In this document: piece after piece, positions 10,301 through 20,211 of the stretch
How positions within the stretch are numbered: position 1 is the stretch's first letter
Layout of the letters: the number at the start of each line of letters is the position of its first letter
Assembly (NCBI GenBank): GCA_041641295.1
Contig: JBEPYO010000001.1
Span: forward strand, 832,001 to 896,000
From: Nitrososphaerota archaeon
Lineage (GTDB): Archaea; Thermoproteota; Nitrososphaeria_A; Caldarchaeales; Calditenuaceae
Length of the DNA: 64,000 nucleotides
Reading direction: 5' to 3'
The notes under the pieces: generated by a model
What the model was told of the DNA's origin: nothing
Databases searched by the model: none
Seen by the model: the letters and a program-made list of their open reading frames with translations, nothing else
Translations under genes and position numbers: made by a program

Positions 10301-12160
10301 CTTTCAATTCCTTCAAGGATTCAAGTGATTTGCTGCTCCGGGTTTGTCCACGGGTTGAACGCTATTGCTTTCAATTCCTTCAAGGATTCAAGGGATTTCA
10401 GCCCAACCCTATGCCTCGATGAAACAGAATACTCTTTCAATTCCTTCAAGGATTCAAGTGTTTCATGCGGCGGTATCATTTCGAGGAAGAAAGGAACTTT
10501 CAATTCCTTCAAGGATTCAAGCGAAGAGGGGGAGCACATCTATCTTGAAGACCCATTGGCTTTCAATTCCTTCAAGGATTCAAGTAAAGATAAACTTAAG
10601 CGTGTTTTGAGGCTTAAGAAATGACTTTCAATTCCTTCAAGGATTCAAGAAGTAAAGGCGGTACGACAGATAGGAGAAGAATCGCAAGTCTTTCAATTCC
10701 TTCAAGGATTCAAGGTGGTGGCAACGGTGTTATCTGGCCGGGACAAGGCATCGTACTCCTTTCAATTCCTTCAAGGATTCAAGACAGCCATACGTGTTTG
10801 AGCCTAATCACCTGATAACATTCTTTCAATTCCTTCAAGGATTCAAGGCTGTTTTCATTAAGGCTTTTGTTGATGCCTACAATAACTTTCAATTCCTTCA
10901 AGGATTCAAGTTCGTCTGGAGGGAAGGGAGATGAAGCCAAAAGTCATTAACTTTCAATTCCTTCAAGGATTCAAGATCCCGATGCTTGGGGCGTGGTTAA
11001 AAACCACATGACTCTTTCAATTCCTTCAAGGATTCAAGGAGAATGGTGAGGGACTACTGATAGACCCAGATGCAGGTAACTTTCAATTCCTTCAAGGATT
11101 CAAGAGGAAGAGCCTCAAATTCCTGAAGAGGACATGATGGTGATCTTTCAATTCCTTCAAGGATTCAAGGGACTGCGCATTGGCGTTGGGTACCGAACGA
11201 AACCGCAATCTTTCAATTCCTTCAAGGATTCAAGTAAGTTTAGTGCGCTATGCCCCGCCGCCGCAAGCAAGACCTTTCAATTCCTTCAAGGATTCAAGAT
11301 GGTGTTAAACTCACGCAGCAAGTCGGCTGCGCCTGTCAAGTTACTTTCAATTCCTTCAAGGATTCAAGCTACATAGCTGAAACCTTGGCGGTGTTAAATG
11401 TTGTGAATAACTTTCAATTCCTTCAAGGATTCAAGTAAGCAATATAAACGTAAGTATCATTATCAACGTACCTAACTTTCAATTCCTTCAAGGATTCAAG
11501 ATAAGCAAACCGCTAACAAACTCACGCCTTAACCTCACCAACACTTTCAATTCCTTCAAGGATTCAAGCAAAACATGCCACAACTTCAATCCATAACCTA
11601 TATCCATATTCACTTTCAATTCCTTCAAGGATTCAAGTGTAACCATACTAAGCCTTAGCGGCGCCGCCGATATTATAAACTTTCAATTCCTTCAAGGATT
11701 CAAGTTGGTTATGAGCCGAGAAGCATGACTTATGAATTGACATTACTTTCAATTCCTTCAAGGATTCAAGGGCCCAGTTTGGGATTCAGGGCAAGGATGC
11801 GATGCGTGTGATCTTTCAATTCCTTCAAGGATTCAAGGAACTAAACTATAACAACACAACCAAAAATAAACTACGGTCTTCTTTCAATTCCTTCAAGGAT
11901 TCAAGGGATTATGTACGTGAGTAGCGCAGAGGATTCAATTAAAACTTTCAATTCCTTCAAGGATTCAAGTATCGCAGACTGATTTAGCCAAGACATTCAT
12001 AATAAACTTTCAATTCCTTCAAGGATTCAAGAAGACGGGTAAAGGAATTAGAGGACAGGTTGGAAGTGCTCTTTCAATTCCTTCAAGGATTCAAGAGTAT
12101 GTTTCTCCGCTCAGCCACGCTCTCCACATATGCATCTTTCAATTCCTTCAAGGATTCAAG
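10301..12160 (-). CRISPR. CRISPR array 1: 29 repeats, 28 spacers; repeat CTTGAATCCTTGAAGGAATTGAAAG
   Basis: 25-bp repeats counted by eye with unique ~37-45 nt spacers. The ATTGAAAG 3' handle and the leader on the right give - orientation. Confidence 0.99.
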
Positions 12161-12318
12161 TGAAGCTATTTATTTTGGTTATGTGGTTGTATATAAATTT
12201 ATCATGCTTTTCTGGCTTGCCGTTAGTAGGACGTTTATTCTCTGGTGTTCTGTGCATTTTTGATTTTCAGGACCCCGCCTGGACTGGCTTCCTTTATATA
12301 GGTCTCCTGCGACCTATC
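12161..12318 (-). promoter_or_regulatory. CRISPR leader 1
   Basis: AT-rich; shares TGAAGCTATTTATTTTGGTT, TTTCAGGACCCC and CTTTATATAGG blocks with leader 2. Confidence 0.9.
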
Positions 12319-12906
12319 TCAGCTTAGCCCCGGTCTACAGTAAGCCCTATACCCACAGTTTACACATTTGGATGGTGGGGTAATTATTCCCGGATCCCTT
12401 TCTTCTAGAATCATCTTATGCATGTTGTCTATGATTTTTCTTGTGAGGTTTTTCAATCCCTCATCGATCACTAGTTCTGCAACACGTTTGTCTTTCAAAT
12501 AGTAGATGTATCCTCTCTTGACCGATGTTTTGAAGTTTTCCTCGATCAGGAGAGCGTAGGCTGTAAGCTGTAGTTTGTGGTCCCACCTTCCGCGCCCCTT
12601 ATCTGAGGAAGCCCATTTAACCTCGACTGGAACATACTCTCTATTCCTCGTTATTACTAAATAGTCTGGCTTGCCGCTTATTTTAAGCCTCTCACTCCGG
12701 AGCTCGACGGATCTTAGAACCCTCAGAGCCTTCAACTTCGCGATGAGGGGGGTTATTACGGCCTCGTCATGCTGCTCGAGCCCTGCTTCCATCGCCTCAC
12801 TCACCACCTCATCCAAGTGGAGGACATGTGTGATGAACACTATGCGGGGGCAGTATGCGTATCTCTTAAGCTCTACAACGGTTATGTCTCCCTCATCACA
12901 GCTCAA
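12319..12906 (-). CDS. cas4: CRISPR-associated exonuclease Cas4
   Basis: YCPR, PD..VEVK, QL.AY and C-terminal CxxCxxxxxC Fe-S motifs. Confidence 0.95.
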   Translation of the reverse strand: MSCDEGDITVVELKRYAYCPRIVFITHVLHLDEVVSEAMEAGLEQHDEAVITPLIAKLKALRVLRSVELRSERLKISGKPDYLVITRNREYVPVEVKWASSDKGRGRWDHKLQLTAYALLIEENFKTSVKRGYIYYLKDKRVAELVIDEGLKNLTRKIIDNMHKMILEERDPGIITPPSKCVNCGYRAYCRPGLS

Positions 12907-12909
12907 GGA

Positions 12910-13194
12910 CTACACCAGGTACCCCTCATCCTCGTAGCTCATCTCTACGCCTATGACCGTCCTCTGGCTGTAGCTGGCGGGTGTTAAGGGGTAGATTTGT
13001 ACGTTCGCCTTAGCGTCTTTGATCAGGCGCCGGATCCCAGCTTCAAGGTTAACCCTCTCACTCTGAGTGAGATCTCCCAGAAAAGCGCTCTTCTGAATTC
13101 GCTTCAACCCTTTAAGTTTGAGAAAGCTAGCAACTTTATTTCTCAACTCGTCGTCTGTGATATCGTAGATCACGAGCGTAAGCAGGCTCACCAC
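12910..13194 (-). CDS. cas2: CRISPR-associated Cas2
   Basis: LVIYDITDD...RIQKSAF. Confidence 0.96.
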   Translation of the reverse strand: MVSLLTLVIYDITDDELRNKVASFLKLKGLKRIQKSAFLGDLTQSERVNLEAGIRRLIKDAKANVQIYPLTPASYSQRTVIGVEMSYEDEGYLV

Positions 13195-14177
13195 CTAGAC
13201 TTATACGGCTCGTACTTGTGTACACCTTGGATATGAAGGACTAGCTTCCTTGCCTGAGAATTTATTAGCTCCGTGTGAGGAGGGCTGCTCTCCTTCATGT
13301 ATTTGAGTATGTGCGACCATATGATCCTAGATGCACCGCCGTCTTTCTTAGCGAGCTCGAGCATGACTTTCTTATCTGTTTTGGCCAGCCCGACTAGCGG
13401 TCTATCCACCGATACCGGCCTGAACTCCTCCATTAGGTCGAGAACCAGCGCAGGTCTCCCACCTCTGGGCTTGTGTAGGAAGCCGAGGTAGGGGTTCAGC
13501 CCCGCCAAGAAGACAGCTCTCCAAACCTCCTTCCTCAAAAGACCATACCCTATGTTTAGGGCGATGTTAAATGGGTCCAGCTCGCCTGGCGGAGGATTAC
13601 TTCTGGTATACCGATGGTTAAAACCTATCTCCTCAGGAAGAATATGGGAGATGCCTGTCCAGTACGCCTTTGCAGCGTGACCCTCCACCACGATTAACTC
13701 CTCCACACTACATGCTCTTCCCAGCTCGATCATCCGATCCATAATCTCTGCCGACTTCTCCTCCAATAATCCAGCATCTCTTCCACTCCCCCTAAACCTC
13801 CTAGCATATTCGAGCAAGACCATCCTCTGATTATGGAGCTTACCCTCCAAAATCTTCTTGGCTATAAAGACGGAGCCTCCACTCTCATGAAGCTTGACTT
13901 GGAGGGCCCAATTCCTCATCAACGTGCCATACTTGTATGGTATTATCCTTCCCACCGGCTTAGAGCCGCGCATGAACACCAAGTCAATCCCGAATGACAT
14001 GGCCAGCATTATGGCCGCCGAAGAGATCTAAACTCCCTCACTGACTATCACGATACTCTCTAGCTCAACTGGTGACAGATCCCACTTTATCTCCTTCCCC
14101 GTCTTTAGAACAAACCTGCCCTGCCTCACCCCCAGAAAAGCGCCATACTGCTCGATAAGTGCCGCTTTAGCGCCCAT
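13188..14177 (-). pseudogene. cas1: Cas1 interrupted by one in-frame TAG at 14028-14030
   Basis: MGAKAALIEQYGAFLG...SEGV*ISSAAIMLAMSFGIDL stays in one frame; catalytic EG.AA, GFLH and DLMEEFRP motifs intact. Confidence 0.9.
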
Positions 14178-15069
14178 CTCTACACACGCCCAAATAAGGG
14201 CAGTAAGGATCACAGTCCGCGGGTAAGCCCGGATCAACGTCTAGGTATGCTTTACTTGCGTAGAGGTCCCTCTTCTCTACGAACTCAAGCCTTAAGGAGT
14301 CGTCTATTCTTAGCACTTTCTCATAAGTTTTGAAGGAACTTGCATCTGGTGCAAACTCTATATATAAAATAACGGCGTGATTGACTGGTATTCTATATGA
14401 GCACTCAAAGATAAGCGCATATGCGGCTAGCGCAACCTCTACGTTCCTGTTTGGTCTTCTCGTCTTGAATTCTATAATTAGTGTTGGAGGGACCAGAGCA
14501 TCTATTCTGACAGCTCTATTTAATCCGAGTAATCTACCATCTAAGGGAAACTCGCAGATCCATGGGACTACTCTACTGACCAGCCCATCTATGCTCAAAT
14601 ATTTTGAGAGTTCGAGAACCTTGTCAAGTGAGGACGCATAAGTCAGCGCCGCCCTATTCCACAGGGCTTTGAAAGCTTTAATGTAACTCTCTGGGAGGCC
14701 CCGTACAGATAATATGTCTTCCATTCTCTTCGTCATCTTTTCATAGAGCTCACCACCGTTCTGCATGGTTGAACTGTAGAGTAGCGATTTAGCAGTAGAT
14801 GTGGCCATTGAGATTACTTTATGGATGAAGGACCCAAAATGGAGCCTCTCATCACCCTGTTCCTTCACCTTCATTTTATACCGCAGAAACGCTAGCCTAC
14901 CCGTCTGGCAGGAGAAGCTTAGATCAGAAACGTTTATCTGAGTCGTATAGGCTGGGAGGAGCGGTGGATTATGCCAATTCCACCCCCTTAATTCCTCGCT
15001 TATCTCACACGGCATCTCTTGGATCAGCTTCGATATACGTAGGACATCGTCGTAGCTGTAGAAGGGCAT
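14167..15069 (-). CDS. csa1: Type I-A Cas4-like protein Csa1
   Basis: SEELRGWNW.PPL.P, EFKT, LA.YAL and DPG...C..YCPY..VC motifs. Confidence 0.92.
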   Translation of the reverse strand: MPFYSYDDVLRISKLIQEMPCEISEELRGWNWHNPPLLPAYTTQINVSDLSFSCQTGRLAFLRYKMKVKEQGDERLHFGSFIHKVISMATSTAKSLLYSSTMQNGGELYEKMTKRMEDILSVRGLPESYIKAFKALWNRAALTYASSLDKVLELSKYLSIDGLVSRVVPWICEFPLDGRLLGLNRAVRIDALVPPTLIIEFKTRRPNRNVEVALAAYALIFECSYRIPVNHAVILYIEFAPDASSFKTYEKVLRIDDSLRLEFVEKRDLYASKAYLDVDPGLPADCDPYCPYLGVCRDGR

Positions 15070-15092
15070 CTGGAGAAAAAGGGACTACGTAG

Positions 15093-15818
15093 TTAATCTT
15101 TTTTATCCCGCAATTCGGATAAGATTCTTTCATCATTCTGCAAGATGTTTTTAAAATTCCTAAAGATAGGGGTATAATTCGCGAACCTGTCGCTCAAGGA
15201 GATGACCCTTAGCCGTTCCTCCACAATCCCCAATTTCTTCAGGAAAGAGACGATTCTGCTGACGCGGCTCTCGCTCACATCCAATGCCTCACAGATATCT
15301 TTTCTCTTAGCCTGCTTCTTCTCTGCGAGGAAGTAGAGAACATTTAAGACCGTCTTTGATGAGAGTTGCGCCGGAGATATGACCGGTATGCTCTTCCTTA
15401 CCCTCGTCACCTCAATGACATAGGTTAACTCGTCCACTAGCTGTGGGAACCATATCGAGAGAAGGCACATGATCACGGTTATCGCCCTTACCCCGCCCGT
15501 AAGCTCGAAATACACGTAGAAGCCTCTCCTCTTGAGTTCTATCAACATACCTAACAGCTCATCAATTGAGCTTGAAGCATCGGTGAGCTCAATCTCAATT
15601 TCTCTAAGCTCTATTCCTCGCCCAGTTGTTTTCAATGCATTTACATAGTTCTTAATCTGAGTCCTAGCCTGCTCGTTTCTGAGCTTCGATATATCGTCGG
15701 CTGTCTTGGGATATATGAGGACTAATAAGTCGTTGGAGGAGAGGGGGGTGGCTGATATTATATCTAGTGTTGCTGTGGGATCAAATCCCATGTTTACGAT
15801 GACAGCCTTTTTAACCAT
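15093..15818 (-). CDS. csa3: CARF-wHTH transcriptional regulator Csa3
   Basis: MGFD and LTGGVR CARF motifs plus a C-terminal HTH. Confidence 0.9.
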   Translation of the reverse strand: MVKKAVIVNMGFDPTATLDIISATPLSSNDLLVLIYPKTADDISKLRNEQARTQIKNYVNALKTTGRGIELREIEIELTDASSSIDELLGMLIELKRRGFYVYFELTGGVRAITVIMCLLSIWFPQLVDELTYVIEVTRVRKSIPVISPAQLSSKTVLNVLYFLAEKKQAKRKDICEALDVSESRVSRIVSFLKKLGIVEERLRVISLSDRFANYTPIFRNFKNILQNDERILSELRDKKD

Positions 15819-15861
15819 CTACTACTTCACTAGGGTTTTTGTTTAAATATCTGTTCCCGTG

Positions 15862-16689
15862 TCAGTTTATGCATTTTATTGATACGTGTCCGAATCCTGT
15901 GGCCCTCGACTTCCCTATTCCTACATACTGGGCGTAGTCAAGCAGGGCTAGTATCTTTTTCAACGAGGGCGTGCTCCTGCTTTTCCTCATGTCGTATAGT
16001 ACCCATCCCATCAACCCCCTAACTAGCCGCTTATTGTCATAGATGACTGTTACAGGCTTTAGGTGGAAGTCCGCCTCTAAGAGTGCATAGTTTGAATAGT
16101 AGGTTAGCCAGTATGGGTTTTTAATGTACATGGCGGGGTCTGAGTTGTTGTTCCAGTGCTCGATGAGGGAGCTGATAAGTAGTGATGGAACCGGGAATAG
16201 GGCGTACCTTCCTGCTTTACGCCCCCTGAAGCTCGGAAGCTGTAGGAGGACAGGTGATAGAAAGTTCAGCCTAATAGCGCTTGGCTTCTCAAACCCGAAT
16301 GAGTTGTACCGTCTCACCTCAACTCGCACACCCTCCAAGACTATCGAAGCCCCGAAAACATCCCTAATAACCGACTGCTCAAAGGAAATCAGCTCATCGA
16401 GCATAAATTCCTCACCCGTTATCAGGCAGCAATTAAACGAGTAAACATCCCCGTCGTTGATCATCAGTATCTGGTTCTCACCCTTTAACTTGATGAGGGG
16501 GTGCCCATCACGAAATAAAGGAGACACCGAGACAGGCTTAAAGGTGGTGTCTACTCCCGCCAATCTACGATATGCCTCTGACATCCTATACAGGATCAGC
16601 CTACTCACCTTTGCGGAAAATGGTGGAATTACAGCATTACCTACTACGCTAAACGTGACGGAGAGTCTAATGACGCTTTTGCTACCCAT
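15862..16689 (-). CDS. cas6: crRNA processing endoribonuclease Cas6
   Basis: C-terminal Gly loop GIGKSRATGFG; FLSP motif. Confidence 0.95.
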   Translation of the reverse strand: MGSKSVIRLSVTFSVVGNAVIPPFSAKVSRLILYRMSEAYRRLAGVDTTFKPVSVSPLFRDGHPLIKLKGENQILMINDGDVYSFNCCLITGEEFMLDELISFEQSVIRDVFGASIVLEGVRVEVRRYNSFGFEKPSAIRLNFLSPVLLQLPSFRGRKAGRYALFPVPSLLISSLIEHWNNNSDPAMYIKNPYWLTYYSNYALLEADFHLKPVTVIYDNKRLVRGLMGWVLYDMRKSRSTPSLKKILALLDYAQYVGIGKSRATGFGHVSIKCIN

Positions 16690-16781
16690 CTAAATGATTT
16701 AACCCCAGGATACTTTTTTAAGGTTTAAACTGCTAAGACCTTACCTAGGGTGGATTTGAGTGAGTATGCAAGATTGAAGAT

Positions 16782-16818
16782 AGATTTTACAGGAAATGTT
16801 TTTAAACCTGAAAAATCT
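16782..16818. promoter_or_regulatory. Inverted repeat flanking the TATA box of the Cascade operon (candidate Csa3 operator)
   Basis: AGATTTTACAGG-13 nt-CCTGAAAAATCT, 11/12 complementary, enclosing TTTAAA. Confidence 0.55.
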
Positions 16819-16830
16819 TGTGAGAAGTAC

Positions 16831-17220
16831 ATGAGCGCGGAGAGATATATTCAAATACCTAATATGCTTGCGGTCTTAGCATACGATGGTGATTACCATT
16901 ACATAGACAGACTTGGGAATGCCCATGCCAAGTCCTTGGCACTCCACTATCTCAGAGAAGCGTTGAGAGACTTTATAGCATTAAAGAGGTCACCGCCTAG
17001 CGATATGCCTGATGCTGTAAAGAGCTTAATGAATGGTGTAGACGATAGCTTTCTAGAATATGAAGTAGAGAGTATAAGAAATCTTCAGGGCACTCAAGAG
17101 TTGCGCGAAATCTTGTCGCTCATTTGCGCCAAGGCTCTTGCCAAGACCTCCAAATTCATAGGGCGACGTGAGGCGAGTGGAGAATCTGGAGTTCAGGAAG
17201 TAGGAGGTGCGAAGACCTGA
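16831..17220 (+). CDS. csa5: Type I-A small subunit Csa5 (Cas11)
   Basis: YIDRLGNA..LALHYLREALRDF...ICAKALA; first gene of the Cascade operon; ATG at 16831 preferred. Confidence 0.85.
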   Translation: MSAERYIQIPNMLAVLAYDGDYHYIDRLGNAHAKSLALHYLREALRDFIALKRSPPSDMPDAVKSLMNGVDDSFLEYEVESIRNLQGTQELREILSLICAKALAKTSKFIGRREASGESGVQEVGGAKT

Positions 17221-18182
17221 GGGACGTATTTGTCAGCATAAGAGGTAGAGTGCTTTTTAACGCGGAATCCCTTAACATGACGGAGTCTGTAGGAAACTAT
17301 GTGAAGCATAGACGCGTCCCCATGGTTGTGAGAGAAGATGATAACACATACGCTGTCTATTTTGTGCCAGCCATTTCGGGAGAGAGTATAGCTCACGGGC
17401 TCCAGAGGATAATATCGGAGAAATGCAAGGAGATAACACCATCTCTTCCAGTATGCAAACTCTGTGAGAAAGGAATCTTCCTTAAAAGCAGCAATAACGA
17501 CATATTCGCGGAATCATTTGGTGTCTCGCCAAGTAAGAGTGAAAAAAAGATAGATATAGAAGAGACCATAATTAGCAAATGTACCGTAGAGGATATAGGA
17601 GGGTTCTTATATGCTGAAGCGGAAAATATCAAGAGGACTTCAAACTTTTTCACTGGATATATGATTCCTGTGCAAGAAGCTTTGAGAAATGTGGTTATTG
17701 AGCCTCAGCTTCATAGCAGATACGCACTAGGCACAAAATTTGTTAAGGAAAGGGGGCAGATGTTATATTATGTTGAGATCACGTCGTCGCTCTACATGTT
17801 CAGCCTCGACATTGATACGAGATACATAGGAAGATTAACATTCAATGTGGAGAATGCTGGTAAACAAGTGATTAGTGATGATGAGAGGAGAAGAAGAATA
17901 GATGTATTATTAGATTCTGTTAGGGCGCTGCTCGTCGAGAACGGGTTTGGAGCGAAGAAGACAAGGTTCCTTCCATTAGTTGACTGGGAGAGCATGGTAA
18001 TAGCCGCATCAGATAAGCCTTGGACCGTTCCAAGCCCCTTCACGAGAGATTATATTGAGAGGACTAGGAAGAAGTTGGAGAAAATAAGCTATAACACCGA
18101 TATTCACATTTTTGATAGTGGAAGCTTCGAAGCGTTTGTGGCAGATGCAATAGACAAGATCAAGAGAAGAGTAGCCAGCTAG
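17217..18182 (+). CDS. cas7: Type I-A Cas7 (Csa2/DevR)
   Basis: NAESLNMTESVGNYVKHR, PAISGES, EDIGGFL and FGAKKTRFLP motifs; probable CTG start at 17217 after GGAGGTG. Confidence 0.95.
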   Translation: MRDVFVSIRGRVLFNAESLNMTESVGNYVKHRRVPMVVREDDNTYAVYFVPAISGESIAHGLQRIISEKCKEITPSLPVCKLCEKGIFLKSSNNDIFAESFGVSPSKSEKKIDIEETIISKCTVEDIGGFLYAEAENIKRTSNFFTGYMIPVQEALRNVVIEPQLHSRYALGTKFVKERGQMLYYVEITSSLYMFSLDIDTRYIGRLTFNVENAGKQVISDDERRRRIDVLLDSVRALLVENGFGAKKTRFLPLVDWESMVIAASDKPWTVPSPFTRDYIERTRKKLEKISYNTDIHIFDSGSFEAFVADAIDKIKRRVAS

Positions 18183-18199
18183 CAAGTAGGACATAGACT

Positions 18200-19024
18200 A
18201 TGATTGGATTCCTCGTTGATGTGGAATTTGTCTGGGGCTTTCAGTCCAAGGTCGTGGGCTATTCTAAGACATCCCCCTCATTCACTTACCCGCCCCCCAC
18301 TACAATTCTAGGAGCAATAGCTGAACACATTGCCAAAGAAAACGTACTAGGCGAGGGGAAGACGAGAGAAATTATACCAATGCTTAGCAAAAACCTGCTT
18401 GCAGTCGGGTTAAGACCCTTAAACTGTTTACCAGTAAAATTCTCTGATCTAAATAGATTAATAGCAACCAAGATCACTAAAGGCATACGATATCCGAGTC
18501 CTACCGACTTGTCCGGATCGTATGATGCACCGGCCACTGGAAAAACGATTCTCACATCATTGAACACAGAACCACCAAAACTCAGGCTTTACATAGTCTT
18601 TAAAGACGGTTTTGCGGGGAGAATCGGAGAGAAAGAGATCATCATCAATAAATATACCATGTGGAACATTCATAGACTTGGCTCAAAAGAGAGCATCGTC
18701 TCTGTTGTGGATGTGAAAGAATTCGAACCACAAAAATTAACTGGCGAATTAAGCACAAGATACTCATTCCCATTGATAGATGGTGTAACCACGATAGAAA
18801 GCGTCATTCGGAATTGGTCGCAAGAACTGTTAATTAACCCATTTAACCTGCCAATATACGATCCAGTGACACAGTACCTACTTGGTCAGAAAACAGTCAG
18901 GTTCTACGTACCAATTCTCGAACTCTTGGATGACCCGCCAACATATAGGCTAAAGGTCGCTGGAAACGCGTGTGGGTATAAATACGATGAGGAGGTGCTC
19001 ATAGGAATTTGCGCGGTAGCATAA
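18200..19024 (+). CDS. cas5: Type I-A Cas5
   Basis: WGFQ..., PPPTTILGA and RLGSKES motifs. Confidence 0.93.
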   Translation: MIGFLVDVEFVWGFQSKVVGYSKTSPSFTYPPPTTILGAIAEHIAKENVLGEGKTREIIPMLSKNLLAVGLRPLNCLPVKFSDLNRLIATKITKGIRYPSPTDLSGSYDAPATGKTILTSLNTEPPKLRLYIVFKDGFAGRIGEKEIIINKYTMWNIHRLGSKESIVSVVDVKEFEPQKLTGELSTRYSFPLIDGVTTIESVIRNWSQELLINPFNLPIYDPVTQYLLGQKTVRFYVPILELLDDPPTYRLKVAGNACGYKYDEEVLIGICAVA

Positions 19025-20211
19025 ATGTTGTGGTAAGCCTCCCACTCAACGATACCCTGACCAACCTCCTAATCTACGAGGGGCTCATATATCTGATATC
19101 AAAGGTACCAGCCAAGATAGAGGCCAGCGGAATAACAATACCAGACGACGGACTCGCGAAAGCATACAGCGGGCTTAGCAACGAAATCCTTAATAAAATT
19201 AGCATCAACACTGTTGGCAAAAATGATAACAGTTCTATAGAGAGATTCCTAAGAGGGCTAGGAATAAGTGGAAGAGAATTAGAGGAAAAGCTGGAATCAC
19301 TGAGCCCTGACGATCGTAGGAGAAAGGAAAAATCGCGAGTAACAAATTACCGAGAAATCCTATACATCCTCAACCGTAGTCCTGAAAAACTTAGACCCAT
19401 AACTAATAGTATTTTTATAGGTGCAACAATACGAAAAAATCAAATGATAATAGGAGATTTAAAGAACGATAAGGGACTAGCGCTCCAACTCCTCAAGTCT
19501 GAGCGGTACACAGGTCTAACTTCCACGGAGCATAAGTACACAACCCGTCAACTCACAACATACGTATCCCCCGAAGTCCTAATGCTGGCGTTGCTAGGCA
19601 TATATTCATCCTTTGTTTATAGAAGCTCTAACACATATTATTTCTTGTTCCTATCACCGATCGAAATAGGTGAAATACTATACTCTAATAAAGATGCTAG
19701 GACTATGTTATTGATAAGAGACAAGGCTCGTGAAGTACTGGAACAGATTCTAAAGAGACATTATAACGAAGAACTCGTAGCATTAGAGATATACTTAAAC
19801 GCAAAGTTACAGGAGGCATTAGCAGAACACAACGTGAGGAGCGCCTCTTTACTCCTGCTAAGGGTCGAACAGGAAGGACAGACATACAAATTATATGAGG
19901 CGATTCCCCTTACTATTTTACAGCGAGAAGGCAGAGAATCTTTCGCAGTGGTAGAGAAGATTATTGCACCTGATAGTATTGTACTTGATAGATTAAGGAA
20001 TAGTGATAGCGTTGAGTATAACAACTTAATGTCTGTAATAGTAGGTCTGTATAGATATGTAATATTAGATGACAGATATGGAATATACCAAGCCTTGCGG
20101 GAACTTCATAACGCCTACGTTAAAGTTGGGGGTGATGAGAAATTGAGATGGGCTGCCAAGAGGTATGAGACCTTACTGTGGGAACTTGGCAGGCTTGAAA
20201 AAAGCTTATGA
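19009..20211 (+). CDS. cas8a: Type I-A large subunit Cas8a
   Basis: Lies between cas5 and cas3'; GKND and QLLK.ERY.G motifs; 400 aa. Confidence 0.75.
   Translation: MRGSINVVVSLPLNDTLTNLLIYEGLIYLISKVPAKIEASGITIPDDGLAKAYSGLSNEILNKISINTVGKNDNSSIERFLRGLGISGRELEEKLESLSPDDRRRKEKSRVTNYREILYILNRSPEKLRPITNSIFIGATIRKNQMIIGDLKNDKGLALQLLKSERYTGLTSTEHKYTTRQLTTYVSPEVLMLALLGIYSSFVYRSSNTYYFLFLSPIEIGEILYSNKDARTMLLIRDKAREVLEQILKRHYNEELVALEIYLNAKLQEALAEHNVRSASLLLLRVEQEGQTYKLYEAIPLTILQREGRESFAVVEKIIAPDSIVLDRLRNSDSVEYNNLMSVIVGLYRYVILDDRYGIYQALRELHNAYVKVGGDEKLRWAAKRYETLLWELGRLEKSL

Noticed and set aside
11782-11790. GGATTCAGG (array 2 repeat end) inside an array 1 spacer
   Set aside because: A 9-nt match within a normal-length spacer; compatible with chance
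10321-12327. Short ORFs across array 1 (and likewise 23198-27684 in array 2)
   Set aside because: Translations of repeat-spacer units (FQFL.GF / LSIPSRIQ), not genes
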